From the NCBI GenBank assembly GCA_039588275.1, contig JBDHAC010000071.1:1-16439 (forward strand): DNA of 16,439 nucleotides, read 5' to 3'. Position 1 is the stretch's first letter. Each line of letters opens with the position of its first letter. The stretch is from Gemmatimonadota bacterium. GTDB lineage: Bacteria; Gemmatimonadota; Gemmatimonadetes; Palauibacterales; Palauibacteraceae. The translations under genes were made by a program, and so were the position numbers. The notes beneath the pieces are model-generated. The model saw only the letters and a list, made by a program, of their open reading frames with translations, was not told the origin of the DNA and searched no databases. Below, piece by piece: positions 7,864 through 15,721 of the stretch.

Positions 7864-7892
7864 GGCCCGGAGCGTTGTCCTCCGGGCCTTCT
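7864..7892 (+). terminator. Putative intrinsic terminator hairpin
   Basis: GGCCCGGAG-CGTTGTC-CTCCGGGCC, a 9-bp stem followed by TTCT (weak U tract), about 50 nt after the stop at 7815. Confidence 0.5.
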
Positions 7893-8020
7893 CCGGCAAG
7901 GTCGTAGGCGGTTTCACACCCAATGGAAGCTGAGGACCACCGAGACAAGACCTGGGATGGTCGACAATCGCATAGCGGGCGTAGACGCAGACTTATGCCG
8001 CGGACACGCCGGCCGGTGAA

Positions 8021-9379
8021 GTGATCGGCGCACGGAACACAGGAACCCCCCTCCTCTTGAGCCTCGTCCTCGGCGCGTGTTCCGGGCCGCCGGTGACGAA
8101 CACCATAGACCCCGGCTCCGGGGTCATCACGAACGTGACGATCATCGACGGATCGGATCCGACGCCGATCGAGAACGCGGCGATCTTGATTCGGGGGAAT
8201 CGGATCGTTCGGGTCGGAGCCGGAGAGGACGTCCCGGTTCCCGAGGATGCCTGGGTTCACGACGGTCAAGGTGCTTTCGCGATCCCTGGGTTGTGGGACA
8301 TGCACACGCACGCCCTTTGGCAACCCTTTGTCCATGACGGCTTTCTCCGGCTCTTCCTGGTCAACGGCGTGACGGGAATCCGGGACATGGGCGGGACCCT
8401 CGAGGTAGTCCGGGCCGTTCGACCGGGCGGGTCCCTGGATTCGCCGCTCAATCCCAGGATCGTCGCCGCCGGGCCGTGGCTGAACGGGTCCGTGATCGAT
8501 CCGCGCGCCGGCATCGCGGCCGAGACCGCGGAGGCAGCGCGTGAGGCCGTGGCGTCATTCGCCGAGGCCGGCGTGGACTTCATCAAGGTATATGTTCAAC
8601 TGCCGCGGCCCGCTTTCCTCGCCGCCCTCGATGAGGCACGCATCCGGGGGCTTCCCGTAGCCGGGCACGTGCCCCTGGACGTCAGCTCGCAGGAAGCCGC
8701 CGAGCTCGGCATGCGGAGCATCGAGCACATGCGGACCGAGATCGGGGGGTTTTGCGAGGAGGTGGGGGAAACCGACTGCGAGGAGCTGCTCTCGGTATTC
8801 CGGCGCAACAACACCTGGCAGACGCCGACTCTGTTCGTTCGCGGGAAGTGGGCCTTCCCACACGCTCCATCGTTCGCTGCAGACCCCCGGCTGCGATACG
8901 CGCCCAGCTATCTCCGTGAGGAATGGGAGGGTATCCTCGAGAGCCGGCTGGAGAGGAAATCGTTCGAGGAGATCAGACGGCAGTACGCCGCCGAGCGTGA
9001 GCTCGCCGGAGCCATCCATCGCGCGCGCCTCCTCATCCTCGCCGGTTCGGATGCCGGGGATCTCTACAGTCTGGCCGGATTCTCGATTCACGATGAGCTC
9101 GAGCTCCTGGTGGGAGCCGGGCTGTCACCCCGGGAAGCCCTCCACGCGGCAACCCTCGCACCGGCGGAGTATCTCGGGGCCACCGACTCTCTCGGGACGA
9201 TCACCGAAGGCAAGCTCGCGGATTTCGTGCTGCTCCATGCGAATCCGCTCGAGGACATCCGCAATACGAGGAGGATTCGGGCGGTGGTTCGCGATGGGCG
9301 ACTGTACGATCGCTCGGAGCTCGACGGGATACTCGAGCAGATCGCGGATGCGGCCGAGCCAACGGTCGGTGGCGGCTGA
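8021..9379 (+). CDS. Metal-dependent amidohydrolase, predicted lipoprotein
   Basis: IPGLWDMHTH (HxH), DFIKVY (Lys), AGHVP, IEHM, AGSDAG (Asp), LGTITEGKLADFVLL..NPLEDI; N-terminal LLLSLVLGAC lipobox-like. Exact start uncertain (GTG, weak RBS). Confidence 0.9.
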   Translation: MIGARNTGTPLLLSLVLGACSGPPVTNTIDPGSGVITNVTIIDGSDPTPIENAAILIRGNRIVRVGAGEDVPVPEDAWVHDGQGAFAIPGLWDMHTHALWQPFVHDGFLRLFLVNGVTGIRDMGGTLEVVRAVRPGGSLDSPLNPRIVAAGPWLNGSVIDPRAGIAAETAEAAREAVASFAEAGVDFIKVYVQLPRPAFLAALDEARIRGLPVAGHVPLDVSSQEAAELGMRSIEHMRTEIGGFCEEVGETDCEELLSVFRRNNTWQTPTLFVRGKWAFPHAPSFAADPRLRYAPSYLREEWEGILESRLERKSFEEIRRQYAAERELAGAIHRARLLILAGSDAGDLYSLAGFSIHDELELLVGAGLSPREALHAATLAPAEYLGATDSLGTITEGKLADFVLLHANPLEDIRNTRRIRAVVRDGRLYDRSELDGILEQIADAAEPTVGGG

Positions 9380-10791
9380 TGACGACGGGCGCTCTGGTCG
9401 GCCTGGTAGTCTTCGGCATCGCCCTGCTCCTCGTGCTGGTGGCCGTCGCCCGCCTCCACGCCTTCATCGCGCTACTGGTGACCAGCCTCGTGGTTGCGGT
9501 CCTGGGCGGAATCCCGCTGGCCGAGATCGCGGGTCTGATCCAGGAGGAGATGGGTGGCACCCTCGGCTACATCGCCGTGGTCATCGGCGTCGGGGCGATG
9601 TTCGGCGAGATGCTGCAACGGTCGGGGGGCGCTCGCTCCATCGCGGACACGCTACTCCGGAGGTTCGGCGATCGATTCTCGCCCTGGGCGCTCGGATTGA
9701 CCGGTCTCATCGTCGCGGTGCCCGTGTTCTTTGATGTCGCACTGATCCTCTTCATCCCGTTGGTCTACAGCCTCGCCAGGCGAAGCGGTCGCTCGCTCCT
9801 CTTCTACGCGATCCCGCTTCTCGCCGGTATCGCGGTCGCGCATTCGTTCATTCCGCCGACGCCGGGACCGGTCGCCGTCGCGGGCCTCCTGGGAGCGGAT
9901 CTGGGCTGGGTCATCGCCCTCGGTGTGGTCGCCGGCATTCCCGCCACGATCGTGGGCGGAATCTGGTTCGGCCGTCGTGTCTCAGGCCGTATCCACCTCG
10001 ACGTGCCCGAGTTCATGCATCTGTCACCGGAGACCACAGGCCCGGAGACCGCGAACCCGGAGACCGCGTACCCGCAGAGCACGAACTCTCAGGCCACGAT
10101 CTCAGAGACCGCGGCGAACGCGCCCGGCTTCGGCCTCGCGGCGGGACTCATCGCCTTGCCGCTGGTCCTCATCCTTCTCGGAACGGTCTCGTCGGTCGCA
10201 CTGCCCGACGCACACCGGATGCGCGACGTCCTGGCCTTTGTCGGGCATCCGTTCACCGCCCTTATAGCCGCTACCCTGCTGTCGTTCTACGCCCTCGGCA
10301 CGCGCCTCGGGTTTTCGCGCGACGAGGTCCGCAGGATGGCGACGAAGTCTCTGGAGCCGGTGGGTCTCATCATCCTCGTCACCGGCGCGGGCGGGGTGTT
10401 CGGCAAGGTCCTCGTGGCCACCGGCGTCGGCACTGCGGTCGCCGACTGGATGGCCGTGTCGCGGCTCCCGCTCGTGGCGCTGGCCTTTCTGATCGCCGCG
10501 GTCGTCCGGGTGGCGCAGGGGTCGGCGACGGTTTCCATGGTGACGGCCGCCGGCTTGATGGCGCCGATCCTCGAGGCCACGACCACGTCGGCGCCCCAGG
10601 TCGCGTTAGTCGTCATCGCCATCGCCTCGGGGGCCACCGTCCTTTCGCACGTCAATGACTCGGGCTTCTGGCTCGTCAACCGCTATCTGGGCATGTCCGA
10701 GAAGCAGACGCTCCAGGTGTGGACGGTCATGGAGACCCTGGTCGGGCTCACCGGCTTCGGGGTGGTCTTGCTGCTGTCCTCCTTCCTGTAG
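9379..10791 (+). CDS. GntP-family gluconate/sugar-acid:H+ symporter
   Basis: RLHAFIALL, GAMFGEML..SGGA, PVFFDV, HSFIPPTPGP, LVTGAGGVFGKVL, RVAQGSATV, SHVNDSGFW; start overlaps the amidohydrolase stop (TGATG). Confidence 0.95.
   Translation: MTTGALVGLVVFGIALLLVLVAVARLHAFIALLVTSLVVAVLGGIPLAEIAGLIQEEMGGTLGYIAVVIGVGAMFGEMLQRSGGARSIADTLLRRFGDRFSPWALGLTGLIVAVPVFFDVALILFIPLVYSLARRSGRSLLFYAIPLLAGIAVAHSFIPPTPGPVAVAGLLGADLGWVIALGVVAGIPATIVGGIWFGRRVSGRIHLDVPEFMHLSPETTGPETANPETAYPQSTNSQATISETAANAPGFGLAAGLIALPLVLILLGTVSSVALPDAHRMRDVLAFVGHPFTALIAATLLSFYALGTRLGFSRDEVRRMATKSLEPVGLIILVTGAGGVFGKVLVATGVGTAVADWMAVSRLPLVALAFLIAAVVRVAQGSATVSMVTAAGLMAPILEATTTSAPQVALVVIAIASGATVLSHVNDSGFWLVNRYLGMSEKQTLQVWTVMETLVGLTGFGVVLLLSSFL
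10027..10116 (+). repeat. Six degenerate in-frame 15-bp tandem repeats within the GntP gene
   Basis: CCGGAGACCACAGGC/CCGGAGACCGCGAAC/CCGGAGACCGCGTAC/CCGCAGAGCACGAAC/TCTCAGGCCACGATC/TCAGAGACCGCGGCG = PETTG PETAN PETAY PQSTN SQATI SETAA. Confidence 0.85.
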
Positions 10792-11033
10792 CTGTGCATC
10801 GCAGCGACGCTCGTCACACAGAGCGGGGCGATCCGGAGGCGTGGCCGAAGATCGCGGACCGCGGCTCGTGAGGAAGGATGGCAGGCACGTTTCAGCTGGA
10901 ACGTTTCACCTACGAAAGCGAGCGCGGCAAGGGGGGGACGCGGCCGATTAGCCGACACCGACGTCCGATGAACAGCCATCTTGCGGCTCAGATCTGACCG
11001 GCCTCTGAACGGCGACGACCTCGGGTCAGCGGC

Positions 11034-12044
11034 TCAGGCTTCCGGCGCCTCCCACTTGCCCGACGCGGCCGCGCGAAAGACCGCCTCGATCACCGCGATG
11101 TTTTGGACCGCATCTTCGAGCGGCAAAGGCGCGTCGGAGCCCTTCCGCAGCGCCTCGCTAAACCGGTCGGCCTGGACGGTGTACTGGTCGGCCGCCGGAA
11201 CCTCGATCGTCTCGACGCTCCTCCCGAAGACGTCGGAGCCGTCGTCCACGAACAGGCGGCATGGCCGGTCGGGCGGGGCGTTGAACGGGATCTCGATCTC
11301 GATCCGGCCCTTCGTGCCCATGAAGTGCATCCGCTGGTAGGGGACCAGTTGCGTCGAGCAGGTGAAGGCAGAGTGTCCGGAGGGGAATTCCAGGATCGCC
11401 GATGTCAGCCGGTCGGTCCCGAACTCCGGGTCGTGCTCCACCAACGCCGCCACCCGGCGCGGCTCCTGGCCGAACATGAAGCGGGATGTCGTGATCGGAT
11501 AACAGCCGATGTCCATGAGGGCGCCGCCACCCCAGTCAGCGACGTTGCGGATGTTCGACGCGTCGCGGTTGAAGTAGCTGAAGAAACCCATCACCGCGCG
11601 CAGCTCACCGATTCGGCCCGAGCGCGCGATCTCGCGGGCGCGAAGCCACTGGGGGGCCGTGCGGACCATGAAGGCCTCCTGAATGCGGACGTTCGCGCGG
11701 TCGCGGACGGCGAGCAGCTCGCGCGCCTCCGACAGGGAGAGCGCCAGGGGCTTCTCGCACAGTACGTGCTTGCCCGCCTCCGCCGCCTTCACAGACCACG
11801 GGACGTGCAGGTGGTTGGGTAGCGGGTTGTAGACGGCCTCGACGCCCGGGTCCGCCAGGAGGTCCTCGTAGGAGCCGTAGGCCTTCGGGATGCCGAGCTC
11901 CGTCGCCACGCGCTCGGCCCTGGTCCTGTCCCGGGACGCGATCGCGATCACCTGGGTCCACGTCCCGTGCTGCATCGCGGGGATCACCCTCGTGCGCGCG
12001 ATCTTCGCGGCGCCCAGGACACCCCACCTCACCTTCTCGCTCAC
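11034..12044 (-). CDS. Gfo/Idh/MocA-family NAD(P)-dependent oxidoreductase (aldose dehydrogenase-like)
   Basis: VRWGVLGAAKIA Rossmann start, AVYNPLPNHLH, GKHVLCEKPL, GGGALMDIGCY; GGAGG RBS before the GTG. Confidence 0.93.
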   Translation of the reverse strand: MSEKVRWGVLGAAKIARTRVIPAMQHGTWTQVIAIASRDRTRAERVATELGIPKAYGSYEDLLADPGVEAVYNPLPNHLHVPWSVKAAEAGKHVLCEKPLALSLSEARELLAVRDRANVRIQEAFMVRTAPQWLRAREIARSGRIGELRAVMGFFSYFNRDASNIRNVADWGGGALMDIGCYPITTSRFMFGQEPRRVAALVEHDPEFGTDRLTSAILEFPSGHSAFTCSTQLVPYQRMHFMGTKGRIEIEIPFNAPPDRPCRLFVDDGSDVFGRSVETIEVPAADQYTVQADRFSEALRKGSDAPLPLEDAVQNIAVIEAVFRAAASGKWEAPEA

Positions 12045-12067
12045 AGATCCTCCCTGGCTGTGGGGCC

Positions 12068-12562
12068 TCAGGATGTCGATAGACCCAGGGCCGTCACCAC
12101 CGCATCGACCACGGCCTCGAGCTCACCATCGGCATCGACGACCACCGCGTCCACTGGCTCTTCGAAGCTTTCGAGTTGCGAGGCGAGCAGGTTCGGATCG
12201 AAGAAGTGGTCCCGGCGTTCGCGCAGCCGGCGCTCGAGCACTGCCGGCGTCGCACGCAGGTAGACGAACCTGGTATCGGCCCGGTCCGTCAGCAGGAGCT
12301 TACGGTACTCCCTCTTGAGCGCCGAGCAGGCGACGACGGCCGAACGACCGGAATCGGCATGCTCATCCATGACCCCCCGGACGCTCAGCAGCCAGGGAAG
12401 GCGATCCTCATCGGTGAGCGGCACTCCGGCTGTCATCTTGCGCACGTTGCCGGCGGAATGGAGGTCGTCGGCATCCATGAAGGACCAGCCCAGGCGCTCT
12501 GCCAGCAACTCTCCGACCGCCGTCTTCCCGGCTCCGGAGACGCCCATCAAGACCACAATCAC
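12068..12562 (-). CDS. gntK: Gluconokinase (GntK/IdnK family)
   Basis: IVVLMGVSGAGKT P-loop, DADDLH..NV.KM..G.PLTDEDR.PWL, VACSALKR.YR, HFF..LL.SQ...EEP. GTG 12562 gives the canonical MIVVLMG start (the ORF track uses TTG 12577). Confidence 0.95.
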   Translation of the reverse strand: MIVVLMGVSGAGKTAVGELLAERLGWSFMDADDLHSAGNVRKMTAGVPLTDEDRLPWLLSVRGVMDEHADSGRSAVVACSALKREYRKLLLTDRADTRFVYLRATPAVLERRLRERRDHFFDPNLLASQLESFEEPVDAVVVDADGELEAVVDAVVTALGLSTS

Positions 12563-12585
12563 GCTATGGGAGGACAACGATCACG

Positions 12586-13635
12586 CTACTCGAGTCGAAT
12601 GCGAAGGAGGTAGCTGTCCGCGGTCATGTAGAGCGCCGTGCCATCTCGGTCGAAGGCGGCGTTGGCGGTCGCCTGGGTGGTTCGGATGGTCCCCAGATGG
12701 CGACCATCGGGAGAGAACACGAGAACTCCGCCGGGGCCGGTGGCGAACAGATTGCCGGCCTCGTCCACCTTGAGACCATCGGGGAGACCGGGACGCTCGC
12801 CGACGTGCTCGGTGGCGTCGAAGAAGACGCGGCCGTTGTCGATCCTACCGGAGGGCAGCAGATCGTACGCCATCCAGATGGCCCGCTCCGGGTCGGAGTT
12901 GGCCACGTAGAGTGTCTTCTCGTCGGGCGACAGCGCGATGCCGTTCGGGCGCGACAGCTCGTCCGTCAACAGCGTCACCTCGCCGCCGACTCCGAGCCGG
13001 TAGACGCCATTGAAGGGTGTTTCCTGGGTCGGGTCGCCGGGGCCCTCGGGTAGCCCGTACGGCGGATCGGTGAAGAAGAGCGCTCCGCGACTGTCGAAGA
13101 CCGCGTCGTTCGGACTGCTGAATCGCTTCCCCTCGTAGCGATCGGCGAGCGTCGTGAAGATGGGCTCGGGTGCGGTCAAAGGAGCGTCCAGACGAGCGAC
13201 CCGGCGGTCGCCGTGCTGGCACAGGACGAGCCGGCCCTCGTGATCGAGCAGAAGGCCGTTGGAGCCCGGTTCTCCACCCCGGGTGGCGTCGCCCGTATAG
13301 CCGGACGGCTCGAGCCACACCTGATGGCCCGCTCCCTCCATCCATCGATAGATCCGGTTTCTCGGAACGTCCGAGAACAGGACGTATGCGCCGTCCTCGA
13401 TCCAAACCGGGCCTTCCGCCCAATCGAAGCCCTCGGCCAGGATCTCGATGACCGCGTCCGGAGGGATCAGAGCGTCGATGGCCGGGTCCAGCCGCTCGAT
13501 CGTCCCGATCGTCCGGGGGGATGCCTCGACGGAGACCGAGGGACCTCCGCTCCCGGCCCCGGCTTCCTCCGCGGAGCGGTCCCCGACACACGCGGCCAGC
13601 AGGGGCAGGGCGATCAAGATCCTCACGCGATGCAT
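12586..13635 (-). CDS. SMP-30/gluconolactonase-family protein, predicted lipoprotein (349 aa)
   Basis: WAEGPVW, LFSDVP.N, GSNGL, CQHGDRRV, SPND, FTDPPYG, RPNGIALSPD, PDGLKVD; GGAG RBS at 13641-13644; leader MHRVRILIALPLLAAC. Confidence 0.94.
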   Translation of the reverse strand: MHRVRILIALPLLAACVGDRSAEEAGAGSGGPSVSVEASPRTIGTIERLDPAIDALIPPDAVIEILAEGFDWAEGPVWIEDGAYVLFSDVPRNRIYRWMEGAGHQVWLEPSGYTGDATRGGEPGSNGLLLDHEGRLVLCQHGDRRVARLDAPLTAPEPIFTTLADRYEGKRFSSPNDAVFDSRGALFFTDPPYGLPEGPGDPTQETPFNGVYRLGVGGEVTLLTDELSRPNGIALSPDEKTLYVANSDPERAIWMAYDLLPSGRIDNGRVFFDATEHVGERPGLPDGLKVDEAGNLFATGPGGVLVFSPDGRHLGTIRTTQATANAAFDRDGTALYMTADSYLLRIRLE

Positions 13636-13648
13636 ATCGTCTCCAAGC

Positions 13649-13664
13649 CTGGGATGCATCCCAG
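13649..13664. promoter_or_regulatory. Perfect 16-bp palindrome upstream of the lactonase RBS
   Basis: CTGGGATG|CATCCCAG is exactly self-complementary; function unknown. Confidence 0.45.
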
Positions 13665-13681
13665 ACCCTGCAACTCCCCGA

Positions 13682-14941
13682 TCAGGTCTTCGTGGACTGG
13701 GGGGCGTAACCGTCACCGGTCAGAAATGACGCCAGGTGAGCGCTCAGGTCGCGAGCGTCGTCTCCGGCGCCGTCGATGAGGCTGGATTTCCGGCGTCGCA
13801 GGAACGGGATGCCCATCAGGTACAGGCCGGGCGCCTCCACCACACCGCCGTCGTGTCGGATGCGTCCCTTGCGGTCGAAGACCGGTACGTCGAGCCACGA
13901 GTGGTCGGGCCGAAACCCGGTCGCCCACACGATCGTGCGGATCTCACCACTCGTGAGGTCCAGGCTGAGCGGGGGTGACGCCTCGAACTTTGTTGGCTCG
14001 AAGCGGTGCGGTGGCTCGACGGTCTCGTCGAGCCCGTTCTCCGTCGCCCACTCGTCGATCCGGTCGAGCAGCCGGTTCATCTTCAGGTCCGACAGCTCGC
14101 ACTGGTTCGGGAGCGACCCCGAGAACTGGGCGTTGCCGTTGTTGATGCCGGCGAGACGACCGATGAGCTTCACGTCGATGTCCGTCAGCGAGTTCAGGTC
14201 GACCGTACGGCGGTCGTCGGAGCCGGCGAGCTGGGGCGAGGGCAGGTTCCGAACGCGCTCGAGGTTGTCGTATTCGGTGTAGTGCTCGTCGAGCACGCCG
14301 CAGCGGTCCATCCACCACTTGATGTCCACACCTCGATAGACCCGCGGGACACGCACGTGCTCACCTACGGATATCGTGACGGGCCGGCCGGAGCGGTGTA
14401 TCTCTGCGGCGATCTGGGTCCCGGTGGCCGACGCGCCGACGACCATCACGCCGCCTTCATCCAGTTGGTCGGGGTTGCAGTACTCCAAGGCGGGGAGCGT
14501 CGCGATCTCAGGCGGCACCAGGTCCGCGAGCGCGGGCACGTTCGGGAGGTTACAGGCGCCGCTCGCGATTACGACCGTTCTCGCGCTCCACACTCCCCGG
14601 TCGGTCGTCACCTCGTAGCCTTCATCCACGCTCCGCACCGAAGTGACCGTGGTGTGCGTCTCCACCGGCGCGGAAATCACCTCCGCATAGCGCTCGATGA
14701 ACGCGATGGTCTCCGGCATGTCGCGGTAGCCGTCGGGGTCGTCCCCCTCGTAGCCGAAACCGGGAAGGCGGCTCTGCCAATTGGGAGTGAGGAGCCGCAG
14801 CGAATCCCACCGCTCGGTCTTCCACGAGTTCGCCACCTCGCGCCGTTCGAGGACCACATGGTCGATCGAGCGGTCGGCGAGGCAGCGGCTCATGGCCAGT
14901 CCGGCGTGGCCCGCCCCGATGATGACGGTGGTGGTGCGCAC
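13682..14941 (-). CDS. Flavin-dependent monooxygenase-like oxidoreductase (CzcO/FMO-like), 419 aa
   Basis: VIIGAGHAG FAD motif, W...RWDSLRLLTPNW, second dinucleotide motif VVGASATGTQIA, VWATGF, GLYLMG. GTG 14941 chosen because the 15142 start overlaps the OsmC-like gene. Confidence 0.9.
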   Translation of the reverse strand: MRTTTVIIGAGHAGLAMSRCLADRSIDHVVLERREVANSWKTERWDSLRLLTPNWQSRLPGFGYEGDDPDGYRDMPETIAFIERYAEVISAPVETHTTVTSVRSVDEGYEVTTDRGVWSARTVVIASGACNLPNVPALADLVPPEIATLPALEYCNPDQLDEGGVMVVGASATGTQIAAEIHRSGRPVTISVGEHVRVPRVYRGVDIKWWMDRCGVLDEHYTEYDNLERVRNLPSPQLAGSDDRRTVDLNSLTDIDVKLIGRLAGINNGNAQFSGSLPNQCELSDLKMNRLLDRIDEWATENGLDETVEPPHRFEPTKFEASPPLSLDLTSGEIRTIVWATGFRPDHSWLDVPVFDRKGRIRHDGGVVEAPGLYLMGIPFLRRRKSSLIDGAGDDARDLSAHLASFLTGDGYAPQSTKT

Positions 14942-14969
14942 GGCGTTGGTCCGGGATCCGGTGGCGCCG

Positions 14970-15527
14970 CTACTTGACCTCCACCGAGACGTTGGTCGGG
15001 TTCGTGATGACGTCGTAGACGGCAGAACGCTTCTGCGACTGTGCGACCACGGCCCGGATCTCTTCCGGCGTGGCGTCCGCGTCGATGTCGTACGTGACCT
15101 TGATGCCGTCGAAGCCGTTTCGCACGTCGCTGTCGATCCCAAGGATGCCCTGAATGTCCATTCCCCCTTCCAGGGTCGCGCTCACGGACCGAAGCTGGAT
15201 GTCCCTCATCTGGGCGACCGAAGCGACACCGGCGGTGAGGCAGCTGGCGAGGCCCGCGAGAACCAACTCGACCGGCGTCGCACCGTGGTCCTCCGATGCG
15301 AACACCTCGGGGTGATCGGCCTCGAAGGTGAACCGGCTCTTGTGCTGTTGCTCCTCGCCGAGCCCGAAGAAACCCTCCACGGTGGATCGGCTATGCGTGC
15401 CTTTGATCCACTCGCAGGTCGCTCGCCACTGGAACTGGGCGGCTTCGGGGGCTTCCGACAGGGCCTCGCGCGCCTCGAGCAACGCGTCGACATTGACGCC
15501 GTTGTCGACGGGGGTGGTGGTCTCCAT
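14970..15527 (-). CDS. OsmC/Ohr-superfamily protein (185 aa)
   Basis: AAGGAGGA RBS at 15532-15539; DNGVNV..L, ADHP.VF...D.G.TPVE..LA.LASCLT, EG.MD..GILG....VRNGF..I.V, SQKRSAVYD..TNP. Confidence 0.9.
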   Translation of the reverse strand: METTTPVDNGVNVDALLEAREALSEAPEAAQFQWRATCEWIKGTHSRSTVEGFFGLGEEQQHKSRFTFEADHPEVFASEDHGATPVELVLAGLASCLTAGVASVAQMRDIQLRSVSATLEGGMDIQGILGIDSDVRNGFDGIKVTYDIDADATPEEIRAVVAQSQKRSAVYDVITNPTNVSVEVK

Positions 15528-15721
15528 GCAGTCCTCCTTGTAACAACTCCAACCGAGTGGGAAACTCGGATTATTGTGGACAGACTGTGCTGGAGGCAAA
15601 TGACGGTATGGAGTAAAGCACCGGGCAGGGGGGAACGCACTCGACTCGCTGCTTGATGGATCGGCACCTGACGTCGCATCTTGAGAGCCCACACGGTTGA
15701 CGCTTCAAAACGAGGTCCGCC

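Noticed and set aside
10027..10116. Repeats considered as a CRISPR-like array
   Set aside because: Contiguous 15-bp in-frame coding units with no spacers and no cas genes.
14942..15142. Extension of the 486-aa flavoprotein ORF (likewise 15528-15692 of the OsmC ORF)
   Set aside because: The first overlaps the OsmC-like gene with non-family sequence; the second lies upstream of a clear RBS.
15661..15678. Sigma54-like CGGCAC...TCGCA upstream of the FAD oxidoreductase
   Set aside because: The GG-to-GC spacing is 11 nt rather than the required 10.
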